NCBI GenBank assembly: GCA_963816355.1 | Contig: CAWFKH010000003.1 | Location: 672,001 to 736,000, forward strand | DNA length: 64,000 bases | DNA from: an uncultured Gemmatimonadales bacterium | GTDB taxonomy: Bacteria > Gemmatimonadota > Gemmatimonadetes > Longimicrobiales > RSA9 | Direction: 5' to 3' | Shown here: positions 11,282-22,308 of the stretch, in pieces | Layout of the letters: the number at the start of each line of letters is the position of its first letter | Position numbering within the stretch: the first letter of the stretch is position 1 | Position numbers and translations under genes: made by a program | Notes under the pieces: model-generated | The model's input: only the letters and a program-made list of their open reading frames with translations | The model's database searches: none | Told to the model about the DNA's origin: nothing

Positions 11282-12911
11282 TTGATGCGGATGCACTCTC
11301 AAGCCAGTAGGCGTTCGGCCGGGTCGCGCTCGGGCGAGCGTGAGCGCCTCGGTTGCGTTGGGGTTGGGACACTCTCAAGCCGGGCGGCACTGCTGATGCT
11401 TGGCGCGCTCGGGCTGGTGGCGATCCTTGCCTCTTTCGGGATCGCGAGGACTGTTTGGAACCGTGACGTGGCGCTGACCGTCTATTATGCGGGACAGATG
11501 ATAGATGGAAGCCGCCTGTACAGGGACATCCTAGAAATAGACCCACCATTCGTATTTTGGGCCGGAGTACCGGTCGTCTGGGCGGCGCGGATTGTCGGGA
11601 TGGCGCCCATATACCTATATCAAGCGGCTGTGGCGCTCGCCGCCGTGTTTGTGCTCTACTTGCTTTGGCAGGAATTGGCTTGGATTCCGGCTCCCGGACG
11701 GGCGTGGATAATCGTCGCGGCGGCGGCCGCCGTGGCACTCGTCCCTCAGTTCGACTTTGGACAGCGCGACCATCTGTTTATCGTTCTCTTCCTGCCATAT
11801 GTCGGTGGGGCGGCGGCCAGGGCTCGAGACAGGGTCAGCCGACACCCGATCGCATGCGGCGTGACGGCGGGAATGGGGCTGGCGTTGAAGCCCCACTTCA
11901 TCTTGGCCTTGATAGCCGCGGAAGGATACGTTGCGTTCCGACAGCGCCGATTCCGCGTGGATAAGGCCTCGGCGTCAGCCGCGGTGGCGGTGGCGGTCTT
12001 GTGGGCGGCAGTGTTGCTGTTCGCGCCTGCGTGGTTTTCGCTTGCGAGCACGGTGGCACCGCTGTACCTGTCGTCGCAGGAGCTCGCGGTGCTCCTGTGG
12101 CGACCTGGTACCGGATTGATCTTCGCGGCTGCGGTCTTGGCCGTGCTTTCACCGCCGGCGCCGGCGTGGAGGGAATTGAGGGAATCAATGGCCGTCGCGA
12201 CTCTTGCCGGCATGGCGATCGGTTTGTCCCAACAGAAGAGCTGGCCCTACCACTTCCTTCCCGCGACGATACCGGCAACGATCCTACTCGCGCTGGCGGG
12301 CGTTGATGTCCTGCTTCGGCGTGTTACGCCTGTTCGACGTTTCGTTGGAATCGGGATCGCCGGTCTGATCGGCATGGGTGTTGTGATTGTTGGCGGATCA
12401 CGCGTCACGCGCTGGGTGCGGGGAGAGCAGGTCGAGCGTGCTTTCTACACGCGGCTCTCCCGCGACATACGGCCGGGCGAGCGTGTCGCATTCCTCACGG
12501 TCGGGCTTCACAACGCCTTCCCGTTGATCGAGTACGCCGGCGCCGACTGGGCGCTGCCCACGCCGTCCCTGTGGTGGGTGGAGTATCTCTACGGGCATGG
12601 AGAGCAGGGCTTTCGCAGCCCTGCCGAGATGTCGAACGGCGAGCGATTCCTCGCATCGGCGGTCGCCGATTCGAATGGCGGTGGCTCCGCCGGACGTCAT
12701 CATTGTCAATGCAGGTCGACCGGCATGGAGCATGTCCGGCGCCTTCGACTTCGTGGGCTACCTTTCTCAATTTGACGGACTGCGAAGCGTTTTCGCGGAC
12801 TACGGTCGCGTGGACACATACAGGAGCTGCGTTATCCTGCGTCGCGGCGAACCTGATCGCATCGGGATGACCGCATCGAATGCCCTGCCGTGCGCCGCAC
12901 GGTTCTTCTGA
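11282..12911 (+). CDS. Putative GT-C membrane protein (group A); frameshift near 12670
   Basis: NRDVA...LYRDILEIDPP, FGQRDH, GLALKPHF and QQKSWPYH; the C-terminal PPDVIIV...FDFVGY continues in another frame. Confidence 0.6.
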
Positions 12912-12969
12912 TCTGGCTCCCCCGCGCCCTACACGATCGGAGAAGCGGCAGCCCGCACCGTCGCGCCGA

Positions 12970-14894
12970 TCACTTGTGTCCGTTGGCCGGTTGGCGTGCG
13001 GACCGCAACGCGAAGAGAATCATCGAGCCGTCACCTGCGACCGGCCGCAGGCATCTCCGTTCGAAAGACGCCAGCTCGTCGAGCCGGAGGACGTCCGCCG
13101 GCACGCCCCGCTCGAGGAACCATCGTGCGGCGCGTTCGTTCACCAGAACGTGGGTGAAGGCGCCCGGGCGCGGGCATGACCCCGGCGCGGAGCCCGCGCG
13201 CCAGCCGGGGCCAGTTGGACGCGAAGTCGTCCGGGATGACGGGGGTGTCGAAGTAGAAGGAGCGGGCCTCGAAGAGGAAGAGGATGCGGTCGCCGGGCGC
13301 GAGGAGGCGGTTGGCGTCCTCGGTGACGTCGCCGAGCGAGGGCAGCTCGCGCCTGAGGTAGTCGGCGCTGGAGAGCAGGCCCGCGTCGTTGCGGAGCTGG
13401 TCGCCGCGCGAGAGCATGGCGACGGCCGCGAAGGCGGCGAAGCCGAGCGACGCGGTCGCCGCGAGGGCCAGGGCGGCTCGCCGGGCGCGGCCCGCGCGCG
13501 CGGCGAGCCGGGTCGCGCCCCACGCGGCGGCGAGGGTGAGCGGCGGCACGGCGGGAATGAAATAGCGGAGGTTGGTGGAGGGCTCGATCGCCACGACGCA
13601 GCGCGGCGTAGGCGAGCGCGGGAAGCGCGAGCCACGCCACCGTGGCGCGGCGGAAGACGAGGCAGAGCGGCAGCGCGAGCAGGATCGGGTTGGGACCGTA
13701 GAGAAGCCCTTCGGCCTCCAGCGACAGCGAGCCCGGGTCGAGCGCCCACCGCAGCGGATGGAAGGGCGGCGTCGCGGCGGACAGGATGTGGAGCGCCCCG
13801 AGCCCGTTCGCGGCGGCTTCCCGGGCTCCGGCGGCGCTCAGCCAGGCGTCCGTCGCGGGTCGCGCGAGGAACGGGTAGAGCGGCGCGCCGAACAGCGATC
13901 GCGTTCTTCACCAGCGGCCCGGCGGCGAGCGCGGCCGCGGCGAGGGCGAAAGCGACGAACGGGCGCGCGAGCGGACGCCGGCGCGCCCTCTCCCGCGGTG
14001 CGCCGCCGCGCCAGCGCGACGACGGCGAGCGGCGCGAGGCAGGCCAGGTAGGCGAGCGCGTGGTACTTGATGGCGACGGCGAAGCCGGCGAACGCGCCGG
14101 CGAGCGCCGCGGCTCCCGTTCCGTCTGCCGCTCCCTCCCGCATCATCAGCAGCAGGTGGATGCACAGCAGCAGGTACAGGGAGAGGGTGACGTCGATGCG
14201 CGGCGTCGCGCCGACCAGGACGATCGGCATGCTTCCCCACAGCGTGGCCATCGCGAAGCTCGCCGTGCCGCGGTCGAGGAAGCGGAGCGCGAGCGCGGCG
14301 GCGGCGAGGGCGAGGACCGCGGTGAAGCCGACGCTCAGGATCGCGGGGCCGGCCGCGCTGCCGGCGGCGAGGAAGGGGAGGTAGAGCGCGTGGAGCGAAC
14401 CGACGAAGGCGCGCTCCGGGTTCGCGGAGGCGGCGAGCAGGCTTCCGCTGCGCAGCGCGTCGCGCGGGACCGCCAGGTGGTACATCAGCGTGTCCCAGTC
14501 GGTGGGCGGCGGGAGCGCGTTGATCGTCATGAAGCCGAGCGCCGCGGCGGCCACCGCGAGCGCGGCGGGGTGCAGGCGGCGCCCCACGTCCAGGACCGCG
14601 CCCTTCAAGGTGCGCGACCCGGCGCGCAGCCACGGCGCGGCGAGCGGCGAACGCGGCGAGCGTCGCCACGTCCACCACGGCGGGTCGGGTGCCGAACGCT
14701 AGGAAGGCGAGGAAGAGCGACGTCGCCACTGCGGCGGCGCCGGCGGCGAGCGTGAGCGCGGCGCGCTCGGCGTCGCCGTCGTAATCGATGCGTACGGCGC
14801 GCAGCAGCGGCGTGCCCGCGGCGGCGAAGAGGAGCAGCGCGCCCGCGGCGGCCGCGAGGTCGAGCGCGTGGTGGAGGAGCAGCGTCGCTTGCAT
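12970..14894 (-). pseudogene. Putative GT-C membrane protein (group B), inverted, with multiple frameshifts
   Basis: Fragments MQATLLLH, PPTDWDTLMYHLAVP, AIKYHA, NLRYFIPAVP and LFEARSFY are collinear with the 9167 protein. Confidence 0.65.
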
Positions 14895-15029
14895 CGGTGT
14901 CGCGCGGAAGTCTGGGCGGCGGCGATCGCCGGCGGAACCCGGCAGCGCCGTGCCCCGTGCGCGCCGCAAGGTACGCGGACATCTTCGCCCCGCGGCCGCT
15001 GGACAGCAAGGGACGCGGCGTCGGCGCCG

Positions 15030-15058
15030 TTGACGCGCCGGCGCGCCGCGGCCACACT
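15030..15058 (+). promoter_or_regulatory. Possible sigma70 promoter
   Basis: TTGACG-N17-CACACT in a divergent intergenic region. Confidence 0.35.
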
Positions 15059-15091
15059 GTAGCGACCTCCCCGGTCCACCGCACCCTCGAC

Positions 15092-16633
15092 ATGTCCGCA
15101 ATGCGATCGCGCAACCCGTGGATCGAGCCCGCGCGGCTCGCGCTCCTCGCGCTCGGCCTCCTGGCGGGGCTGTGCGTGGCGTGGGCGCTGCTGTCGCCGC
15201 CGAACCACGACGTGGCGTGGACCGTCTACGCGGGGGAGCGCGTGCTGCGCGGAGACCGGCTCTACGTGGACGTGTTGGAGGTGAACCCGCCGCTGATCGT
15301 GTGGTACGCGGCGCTCGCGGCGGCGCTCGGCCGACTGCTGCCGGGCCTGGGCGCGCTGCACGCCTACACGCTGCTCACCTGCCTCGTCGTCCTGGCGGCG
15401 CTCGCCGCGGCGCGGCGCACGCTGCCGGAGCGCGACCGCACGTGGCTCACCGCGGTGCTGCTGCCGGCGCTGATCCTCCTGCCCGCCTTCCACTTCGGGC
15501 AGCGCGAGCAGCTCGTCGCGGCGGCGCTGCTGCCGTACCTGGCGGCGGTGTGGGCGCGCGCGGACGGACGCGACGTGCGGCGGGGCGACGCGATCCTCGC
15601 CGGCGCGCTCGCCGCCTTCGGCCTCGCCCTCAAGCCGTTCTTCCTGCTCGTGCCGCTCCTGCTCGAGGCGTGGCTGGCGCGCCGGCGCGGGGTGCGGATC
15701 TGGAGGCGGCCGGAGGCGGCGGCGGCGGTCGTCGGCCTCGTCGCCTACGCGGTGTCGGTCCCGCTCCTCACGCCCGCGTACCTGGGGCTGGCCCCGCTGC
15801 TGGCGCTCTACCGCGGCTTCGTCGCGCCGCCGCTGTGGCTCATCGCGAGGCGGCCGGGCACGCTGATCGCCCTCGCGGGCGTCGGCGCGGCGATGCTTCC
15901 GGGAGGGTCGCGCGAGCTGCGGCCGCTGCGCACGGTGTGGGCGCTGGCGATCGCCGGCTCGCTCGCCGCCGTCTTCGTCCAGGGGAAAGGCTTCGAGTAC
16001 CACTTCATCCCGGCGATCGCCTTCTCGCTCGCCAGCCTGGCGACGGCGCTCGTCGCCCTCGCGCGCGTCGAGGCGGTGCGGCGCGTCACCGTCGCGGCGG
16101 TCGTCGCCGCGGCGCTCGCGCTGGCGTTGGCGCGCCTCCCCGCCGCCGTGACGCAGTGGCGGGACATGGCGCTCGCGCCCTTCTACATGCCGCAGCTCGC
16201 GGCGCTGCTGCGCGCCCTGCCGCCGGGGCCGGTCTACGCGCTCACGGCGGACGGCCACATCGCGTGGCCGCTCGTCGCCTACACGGGCCGCGCGTGGTCC
16301 GGCGCGATGCCGTGGCAGTGGCCGCTGTGGTCGCTCTACGGCGACGCCCGCTGCTGGACGCCGTGCCGGCCGTTCCCCTACCACGCGGCGCCCGGCGAGG
16401 CGGAGCGGCTGGTGCTCGACGACGCGGAGCGCGCGCTGCGGCGTCGCCCGCCGGTGCTGCTGATCGTGACGACCGAGCCGCCCACCGGGATGGCCGGCTT
16501 CGACTACCTCGAGTACTTCTCGCGGCGGCCCGCCTTTGCCCGCGCCCTGCGCGCTTACCGGCGCATCGGCACGCTCCCCGGCTACGACCTGTACGTGCCC
16601 CGCGGCGTCACGCCCGCGGTGGGGACGCCGTGA
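15092..16633 (+). CDS. Putative GT-C membrane protein (group A)
   Basis: NHDVAW...LYVDVLEVNPP, FGQREQ, GLALKPFF and QGKGFEYH motifs. Confidence 0.65.
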   Translation: MSAMRSRNPWIEPARLALLALGLLAGLCVAWALLSPPNHDVAWTVYAGERVLRGDRLYVDVLEVNPPLIVWYAALAAALGRLLPGLGALHAYTLLTCLVVLAALAAARRTLPERDRTWLTAVLLPALILLPAFHFGQREQLVAAALLPYLAAVWARADGRDVRRGDAILAGALAAFGLALKPFFLLVPLLLEAWLARRRGVRIWRRPEAAAAVVGLVAYAVSVPLLTPAYLGLAPLLALYRGFVAPPLWLIARRPGTLIALAGVGAAMLPGGSRELRPLRTVWALAIAGSLAAVFVQGKGFEYHFIPAIAFSLASLATALVALARVEAVRRVTVAAVVAAALALALARLPAAVTQWRDMALAPFYMPQLAALLRALPPGPVYALTADGHIAWPLVAYTGRAWSGAMPWQWPLWSLYGDARCWTPCRPFPYHAAPGEAERLVLDDAERALRRRPPVLLIVTTEPPTGMAGFDYLEYFSRRPAFARALRAYRRIGTLPGYDLYVPRGVTPAVGTP

Positions 16634-16646
16634 GGACGCCGTGAGG

Positions 16647-18428
16647 ATGGCCACGCCGCCGGCCGCGGCGCCGGACCAGCGCACGCGCCGCGGCGCGACG
16701 CCGGCCCTCGAGGCGCTCGCGGTCGCGCTGCTCGTCGCGCTCGCGTACGCCCTCCTGCTGCCGCCGCTGCGCGCCGCGGGGGCCTACGGCGACGACGCGG
16801 TCTACCTCGCCCTCGGCCGCGCGCTCGCCCGCGGCGCCGGCTACCGCTCCACGTGGCTGCCCGGCGCGCCGGTGCACGTCCAGTACCCGCCCGGGCTGCC
16901 GGCGCTGCTCGCGCCGCTGTGGGCGCTCGGCGGGCGCGCCTCCGCCGTCACCGCCGCGGTCCGCGCGCTCGACGTGCTCGCGGTCGCCGCGGTGGGGGGG
17001 CTGCTGTGGGACTACGGCCGGCGCCGGCTGCGCCTCTCCGCGTGGACGCTCGCGCCGCTCGCGCTCGGGCCGCTCTTCCTCGATTCGTCGCTGCAGTACT
17101 TCGGCCTCGCGCTCGCGGAGCCGTGGTTCATGCTGGCGTGGGCCGGCGCGCTGACGCTGGCGGATCGGGGCGACGACGCCGGCGCCGCGAACGGGGCGGG
17201 GAAGCGGCGCCCGCTCGCCGCCGCCGCGCTCCTCGGCGCCGCCGCGCTCTTCCGCGCGCAGGCGGTCGCGCTCGTGCCGGCGCTCGCGCTCGCCGTGTGG
17301 CTGCGGCGGCGCGACGTTCGCCTCGCCGCGCTGTCGCTGGCGGCGGGCCTCGCCGTCCCGGTCGCGTGGGCGGCCGTGCACGCCGCGCTGCGCGCGCTCG
17401 CCGGCGGCGCGGCCGGCGGCGCCCAGCTCTCCTACCTGCAGGACCTCGCCGCGCGCGGCGGCGCGCTCGGGCCGCTCTCGAACGTCCTCTTCAACGCGCG
17501 CGGCTACCTGCTGCTCTTCTCGCTCTACGCCGCGCCGTGGCTCGCCGCGGGCGCGCTGATCGTGCTCGGCTTCACCGCGCTCGCGCTGCTCGGCGCCGCC
17601 CGCCTGTGGCGCGCCCACCCCGCGCTCGTCCTCACGGTCGGCGCCGACGCCGCCGTCGTCCTCCTGTGGCCGTACAACATCGACCGCCTCGTCGTGAGCG
17701 CGCTGCCGTTCGCGGGGCTGCTCGCCGCCGCCGCCCTGGCGACGCGGCCGCACCGCGCGCTCGCCGCGCCGGCCGCGCCGGCACGCGCACCCCTGCGCGC
17801 GCTCGTCGCGCTCGCGCTCCTCGCCGGCGTCGCCCTCTGCGCGGCACGGCAGGTCGCGCTGCGCCGCGACGGCGCGCGCCGCGTCGCCGAGGGTCGCGAC
17901 CCCGCGTTCTGGAGCCCGAGCTGGGAGGTGCCGTTCTTCGACCGCTACGTCCGCCTCGCCGTGCCGTGGGTGCGGGCGGAGACCGCGCCCGGCGCGCGCG
18001 TCCTCGCCGCGTGGCCGGTCGCGCTCTGGCTCTACACCGGCCGCGACGTCCGCGACACCGAAGGCGCCGCCGGCGCGGCCGCGGACTCTGCGGCGCACGC
18101 CGGCGCGGACGGCGGCGCGACTGCCGGCGCCGGCGCACTTGCCGCCGGCATGGCGCGCCAGATCGAGGCGGACGCCGCCGCCGCCGTGGTCGTGGCGCAC
18201 CCCGGCCACCGCGGCGCGCGGGGGATGGCGGCGCTGGCGGCGTCGTGCCCCGGCGAGGTGCGGGTGGCGCGGCGGGCGCGCGGCGGAGGCGGCTACCCGA
18301 TCCTCTACCGCATCGGGGGCCGTGCCCACGGCGTCGGCGGCGCGGGCGGCGGCGCGGGCGGCGGCGGCGCGTGCCTGCGGCGCGTCGCGGGCGGCGGCGG
18401 AAGCGGCGGCGGGGAGGGGGAGCGTTGA
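16647..18428 (+). CDS. Putative GT-C membrane glycosyltransferase (group C)
   Basis: YGDDAVYLALGRALA...YPPGLP first loop, AEPWF, multiple TM segments. Confidence 0.6.
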   Translation: MATPPAAAPDQRTRRGATPALEALAVALLVALAYALLLPPLRAAGAYGDDAVYLALGRALARGAGYRSTWLPGAPVHVQYPPGLPALLAPLWALGGRASAVTAAVRALDVLAVAAVGGLLWDYGRRRLRLSAWTLAPLALGPLFLDSSLQYFGLALAEPWFMLAWAGALTLADRGDDAGAANGAGKRRPLAAAALLGAAALFRAQAVALVPALALAVWLRRRDVRLAALSLAAGLAVPVAWAAVHAALRALAGGAAGGAQLSYLQDLAARGGALGPLSNVLFNARGYLLLFSLYAAPWLAAGALIVLGFTALALLGAARLWRAHPALVLTVGADAAVVLLWPYNIDRLVVSALPFAGLLAAAALATRPHRALAAPAAPARAPLRALVALALLAGVALCAARQVALRRDGARRVAEGRDPAFWSPSWEVPFFDRYVRLAVPWVRAETAPGARVLAAWPVALWLYTGRDVRDTEGAAGAAADSAAHAGADGGATAGAGALAAGMARQIEADAAAAVVVAHPGHRGARGMAALAASCPGEVRVARRARGGGGYPILYRIGGRAHGVGGAGGGAGGGGACLRRVAGGGGSGGGEGER

Positions 18429-20128
18429 GGGGGCGGCGCTCCGGGCTCTGGCTCGCGGCGGCGCTGGCGCTCGCCGTGCTCGCCGCGGGCGTGATCGTGG
18501 GCGCGATGCGGCACGAGTCGACGACGTTCGACGAGATCGTGCTGGTGGCGGCGGGGGCGCGCGGCTACCACACGGGGCGCTTCGACCTGGTGGTGGAGCA
18601 GGGGCCGCTGATGCAGTACCTGTACGGGCTGCCGGCGTACCTGTCGCACCCGCGCTATCCGCCGGAGGCGGGGCGGCGGTGGGGGATCCGCGACCGCTAC
18701 CGCTACGCGCGCGCCTTCTTCTTCTCCGGCGGCAACGACCCGCAGCGCCTCGCGTTCCTGGCGCGGCTCGTCGCCGCCGCGCTCGCCGCGGCGCTCGTGC
18801 TCAGCGTCTTCCTGATCGCGCGCGCCCGCTTCGGGCCGGCCGCCGCGCTGCTCGCCGCGTTCCTCACCGCGCTGACGCCGGACGTGCTGGCGCACGGCGG
18901 CATCGCGTGGAACGACCTGCCTTCGGCGCTCGCGCTGCTGTGGGCGGTGTGGCTGCTCGACGGGCTCGTGCGGCGGCCGGGCGTCGCGCGCGGCGCGCTC
19001 GCGGGCGTCGTCTGCGGCCTTGCCCTGGCGGTGAAGTTCAGCGCCGTCGCGCTCGCGCCGATCGCGCTGCTGCTCGCCCTGCTCGAGGGCGTGCGACGCG
19101 GCGCGGACCGCGCCTGGCTGCGCTCGCTGCTGCTGGCGTTCGACGTCGCCGCCGCCGCCGCCTACGTCGCGCTCGTCGTCCTCTACCGCTGGGATCCGAC
19201 GCTGCTCGGCTTCCGCACCGGGCTCCTCTTCCAGCTCCTGCACGCCGCCGGCGGGCCGCAGGCGCCGATGTCGTTCCTCGGCCGCGTCAGCCTGCACGGC
19301 TGGTGGTACTTCTTCCCGGTCGCGTTCCTGCTCAAGACGCCGGTCGCGCTGCACCTCCTGCTCGCGCTCGCCGCCGTCATGCTCGCCGCGGGCGCGCTCG
19401 CCGCCGGGGCGCCCCCGCTGCGCGAGCGGCTCGGCTCGCCGCTGCGCGCGCCGCTCGTCGCGGTCGCCGTGCTCGGCCTCTTCCTCGTCCGCTCCGACCT
19501 CGACATCGGCTTCCGCTACGCGCTGCCGCTGCTGCCGTTCCTGATGATCGTGGTCGCCGCCGGCGTGCGCCGCGCGTGGCGCGCCGGCGCGCGCTGGACG
19601 CGTGCGGCGATCGGCGTCGCGTGCCTCTGGCTCGCCGCCTCGACCCTCTCCTTCTATCCGCACTTCCTCGCCTACACCAGCGAGTACGTGCCGCGCGACG
19701 CGGCCGGCGGCCCCATCGTCGACTCCAGCGTCGACTGGGGGCAGGGCCTCCTCGAGCTGCGCCGCTTCATGCGCGACGAGCGCCTCGGCCGCGTCTACCT
19801 CGGCTACTTCGGCTCCGCTCCGCCCACCGGCTACGGCATCGACTTCCTGCCGATCGCCGACCTCGCCGACGACGCCGCGCCGGACCGCGACGACCCCGCC
19901 TACGCCGTGATCTCCAAGACGTACCTCGCCGGCGCCTACCTCTCCGGCGACCCCTTCGCCCCGCTCCGCGACCTGCCGCCCTACCGCGTGCTCGGCCACA
20001 CCCTCTTCGTCTACCGCGCCGCCGACGTGCGCCGCGCCCTCGCCGCCGAGCGCGCCGAGCCGGCCGGCAGCGGCGCTCCCGGCGCGCGCTTCTCGACGCG
20101 CATCGCCGTCCGCGGCGCCGCCGAGTGA
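18425..20128 (+). CDS. ArnT/PMT-like GT-C glycosyltransferase (group D)
   Basis: STTFDE, LAHGG, AVKFSA, YFFPVAFLLKTP, IGFRYALP and DSSVDWGQ; TTG start overlaps the upstream stop. Confidence 0.75.
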   Translation: MRGRRSGLWLAAALALAVLAAGVIVGAMRHESTTFDEIVLVAAGARGYHTGRFDLVVEQGPLMQYLYGLPAYLSHPRYPPEAGRRWGIRDRYRYARAFFFSGGNDPQRLAFLARLVAAALAAALVLSVFLIARARFGPAAALLAAFLTALTPDVLAHGGIAWNDLPSALALLWAVWLLDGLVRRPGVARGALAGVVCGLALAVKFSAVALAPIALLLALLEGVRRGADRAWLRSLLLAFDVAAAAAYVALVVLYRWDPTLLGFRTGLLFQLLHAAGGPQAPMSFLGRVSLHGWWYFFPVAFLLKTPVALHLLLALAAVMLAAGALAAGAPPLRERLGSPLRAPLVAVAVLGLFLVRSDLDIGFRYALPLLPFLMIVVAAGVRRAWRAGARWTRAAIGVACLWLAASTLSFYPHFLAYTSEYVPRDAAGGPIVDSSVDWGQGLLELRRFMRDERLGRVYLGYFGSAPPTGYGIDFLPIADLADDAAPDRDDPAYAVISKTYLAGAYLSGDPFAPLRDLPPYRVLGHTLFVYRAADVRRALAAERAEPAGSGAPGARFSTRIAVRGAAE

Positions 20129-22080
20129 GCGCCCCCTCCCGCCCCGCGCCCGCCGCCGCCGGCCGCCGCCCGCGCCGCCTCGCGCTCGCGCTCATCCTGC
20201 TCGTCTCCCTCGCCTCCGGCGCGCTCGCCGCCGCCGCCGCCCGCCGCACGTCGACCACGTTCGACGAGATCCTCTTCATCGCCACCGGCGCGCGCGGCTA
20301 CGAGACCGGCCGCTTCGACATGTTCGTCGACCACCCGCCGGTGATGCAGTACCTGTACGGCCTGCCGGTTTGGCTCGCGCACCCCCGCTTTCCCTCCGAG
20401 TCGCTGCACTGGACCACCGGCGTGATGTTCGATTACGCCCGCACGTTCATGTTCCGCATGGGCAACGACCCGCAGCGGCTCGCCTTCCGCGCGCGCGCCG
20501 TCGGCGCCGCCTTCGCCGCGCTGCTCGCGCTCGTCTCCGGGCTGCTCGCGCTGCGCGCCGCGGGTCCCGTTGCCGGCCCCGTCGCGGGCGTCGTCGCCGC
20601 CACGCTCGTCGCGTTCCTGCCGGACGTGCTGGCGCACGGCGGCGTCGCCTACGACGATCTGCCGCTCGCGTTCGCCTTCCTGCTCGCCGCGTGGGCGGTC
20701 GACGCCGCCCTGCGCCGTCCTGGCCCGCGCGCCGGCGCTCTCGCCGGCCTCGCCACCGCGCTCGCGCTCGGCATCAAGTACAGCGCGATCCTGCTGCTGC
20801 CGCTCGCCGCGCTGCTCCTCCTCGCCGAGGGGAGCCGGCGGACAGGTGAGCCGGGCCGAGGCGGCGCGGATCCCCGCGCGCCCGCCCGCCGCTGGCGCGA
20901 CCCGGCGTGGCGGCGAGCGACCCTGGTCGCGGTCGACGTCGCGCTCCTCGCCTGCTACCTCGGCCTCGTCCTCGTCTACCGCGGCGACTTCACGCTGCAC
21001 GCCTTCCTCGACGGCGTCCGCTTCAAGATCGGTCAGGCCACGACGCAGGTCGGCTCCGCGCCCGCCCCCGCCTACCTCCTCGGCCGCGAGGCGCGCGACG
21101 GCTTCTGGTACTTCTACCCGGTCGCCTTCCTGCTCAAGACGCCCCTCGCGCTGCACGCGCTGATGCTGGCGACGGCGGCGGCCGCGCTGCTGCGGCGCGC
21201 GCGAGGCGCCGACGGCGCGCAAGCTGCGGCGGGGGCGGACGCCCCGGCGGCGGCGGGCGGCGCGGCGGCGGCGGATCGGCTCGTCGACGGCCCCGCGCGC
21301 CTGCCCCTGGCGGCGCTCGTCGCGACCGTGCCGGTATTCCTTCGCGCCGAGCTGAACATCGGCTTCCGCCACGCGCTCTTCGTGCTGCCCTTCGTCTGCC
21401 TGCTCGTCGCCTGCGGCTTCGCCGGCGCGTGGAAGCGCGGGCGGCCGGCGCCGCGCCTCGCGCTCGCGGCGCTGCTCGTCGCCTACGTCGCCTCCTCCGC
21501 GAGCTGGTATCCGTGGTTTCTGGCCTACACCAGCGAGTACGTGCGCGGCCGCGACCGCGGCTACACCGCGCTCGACGACTCCAGCCTCGACTGGGGCCAG
21601 GGCCTCCTCGAGCTGCGCGACTTCATGCGACGCGAACGCGTCCGCCGCGTCCGCCTCTCCTACTTCGGCTCCGCGCTGCCCGCCGCCTACGGCATCGACT
21701 ACGAGCCGCTGCCGTCGTTCTTCGCCCTCGCGGGGCCGGCGGCGTCGGGCGCCGTGGAGCCGATCGGCGGGCAGGCCGCCGAGACGGCGCAGCGGGCGAG
21801 GCCCGGCGGGGGCGCGGCAGACGATCGAGCGCGCGGAGCCGCGGCAGACGATCGAGCGCGCGGGGCCGCGGACGGCGTGCGCTTCACGGTCCTCTCGGCG
21901 ACGAGCCTGGTCGGCAACTACCTCGAGGGAGACCCCTTCGCGGCGTACCGGGCGCGCACGCCGTACCGCGTGCTGGGGCACGTCCTCTTCGTGTACGAGG
22001 ACGGGCGGGATCCGCAGGCGGCCCTTCCCTCCGCCGGCGACGGCCGCCGCGGCGAGGCCGCGCGGCCGGGGGGCGGGTGA
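20125..22080 (+). CDS. ArnT/PMT-like GT-C glycosyltransferase (group D), tandem paralog
   Basis: STTFDE, DHPP, LAHGG, FYPVAFLLKTP and DSSLDWGQ; GTGA coupling. Confidence 0.75.
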   Translation: MSAPSRPAPAAAGRRPRRLALALILLVSLASGALAAAAARRTSTTFDEILFIATGARGYETGRFDMFVDHPPVMQYLYGLPVWLAHPRFPSESLHWTTGVMFDYARTFMFRMGNDPQRLAFRARAVGAAFAALLALVSGLLALRAAGPVAGPVAGVVAATLVAFLPDVLAHGGVAYDDLPLAFAFLLAAWAVDAALRRPGPRAGALAGLATALALGIKYSAILLLPLAALLLLAEGSRRTGEPGRGGADPRAPARRWRDPAWRRATLVAVDVALLACYLGLVLVYRGDFTLHAFLDGVRFKIGQATTQVGSAPAPAYLLGREARDGFWYFYPVAFLLKTPLALHALMLATAAAALLRRARGADGAQAAAGADAPAAAGGAAAADRLVDGPARLPLAALVATVPVFLRAELNIGFRHALFVLPFVCLLVACGFAGAWKRGRPAPRLALAALLVAYVASSASWYPWFLAYTSEYVRGRDRGYTALDDSSLDWGQGLLELRDFMRRERVRRVRLSYFGSALPAAYGIDYEPLPSFFALAGPAASGAVEPIGGQAAETAQRARPGGGAADDRARGAAADDRARGAADGVRFTVLSATSLVGNYLEGDPFAAYRARTPYRVLGHVLFVYEDGRDPQAALPSAGDGRRGEAARPGGG

Positions 22081-22308
22081 GGCGGGACGGACGGCGCCGG
22101 GCCCGGGACGAACGCGCACGTCCGCCCGTTCGCTGGCGGCTGCGACGAGACGATGAAGGGAAGCCGCGCGGGCCGTGCGCCGGCCGGATCGGCCGCAGCC
22201 CTTGACGGACGACCCCGTGCGGCCACATGTAAATACCCTCCCCCCCCGAACACGAACCGGCCCGCGGCCGGAAGACTTCTCCGTTCAAATCACGAGTCAG
22301 AGGCCTGC

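Larger units (their letters stand above)
5700..12900. other. Lower-GC, compositionally foreign segment (boundaries approximate)
   Basis: Abrupt rise in A/T-ending codons by eye, strongest at 8500-9100. No mobility gene was seen. Confidence 0.7.
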
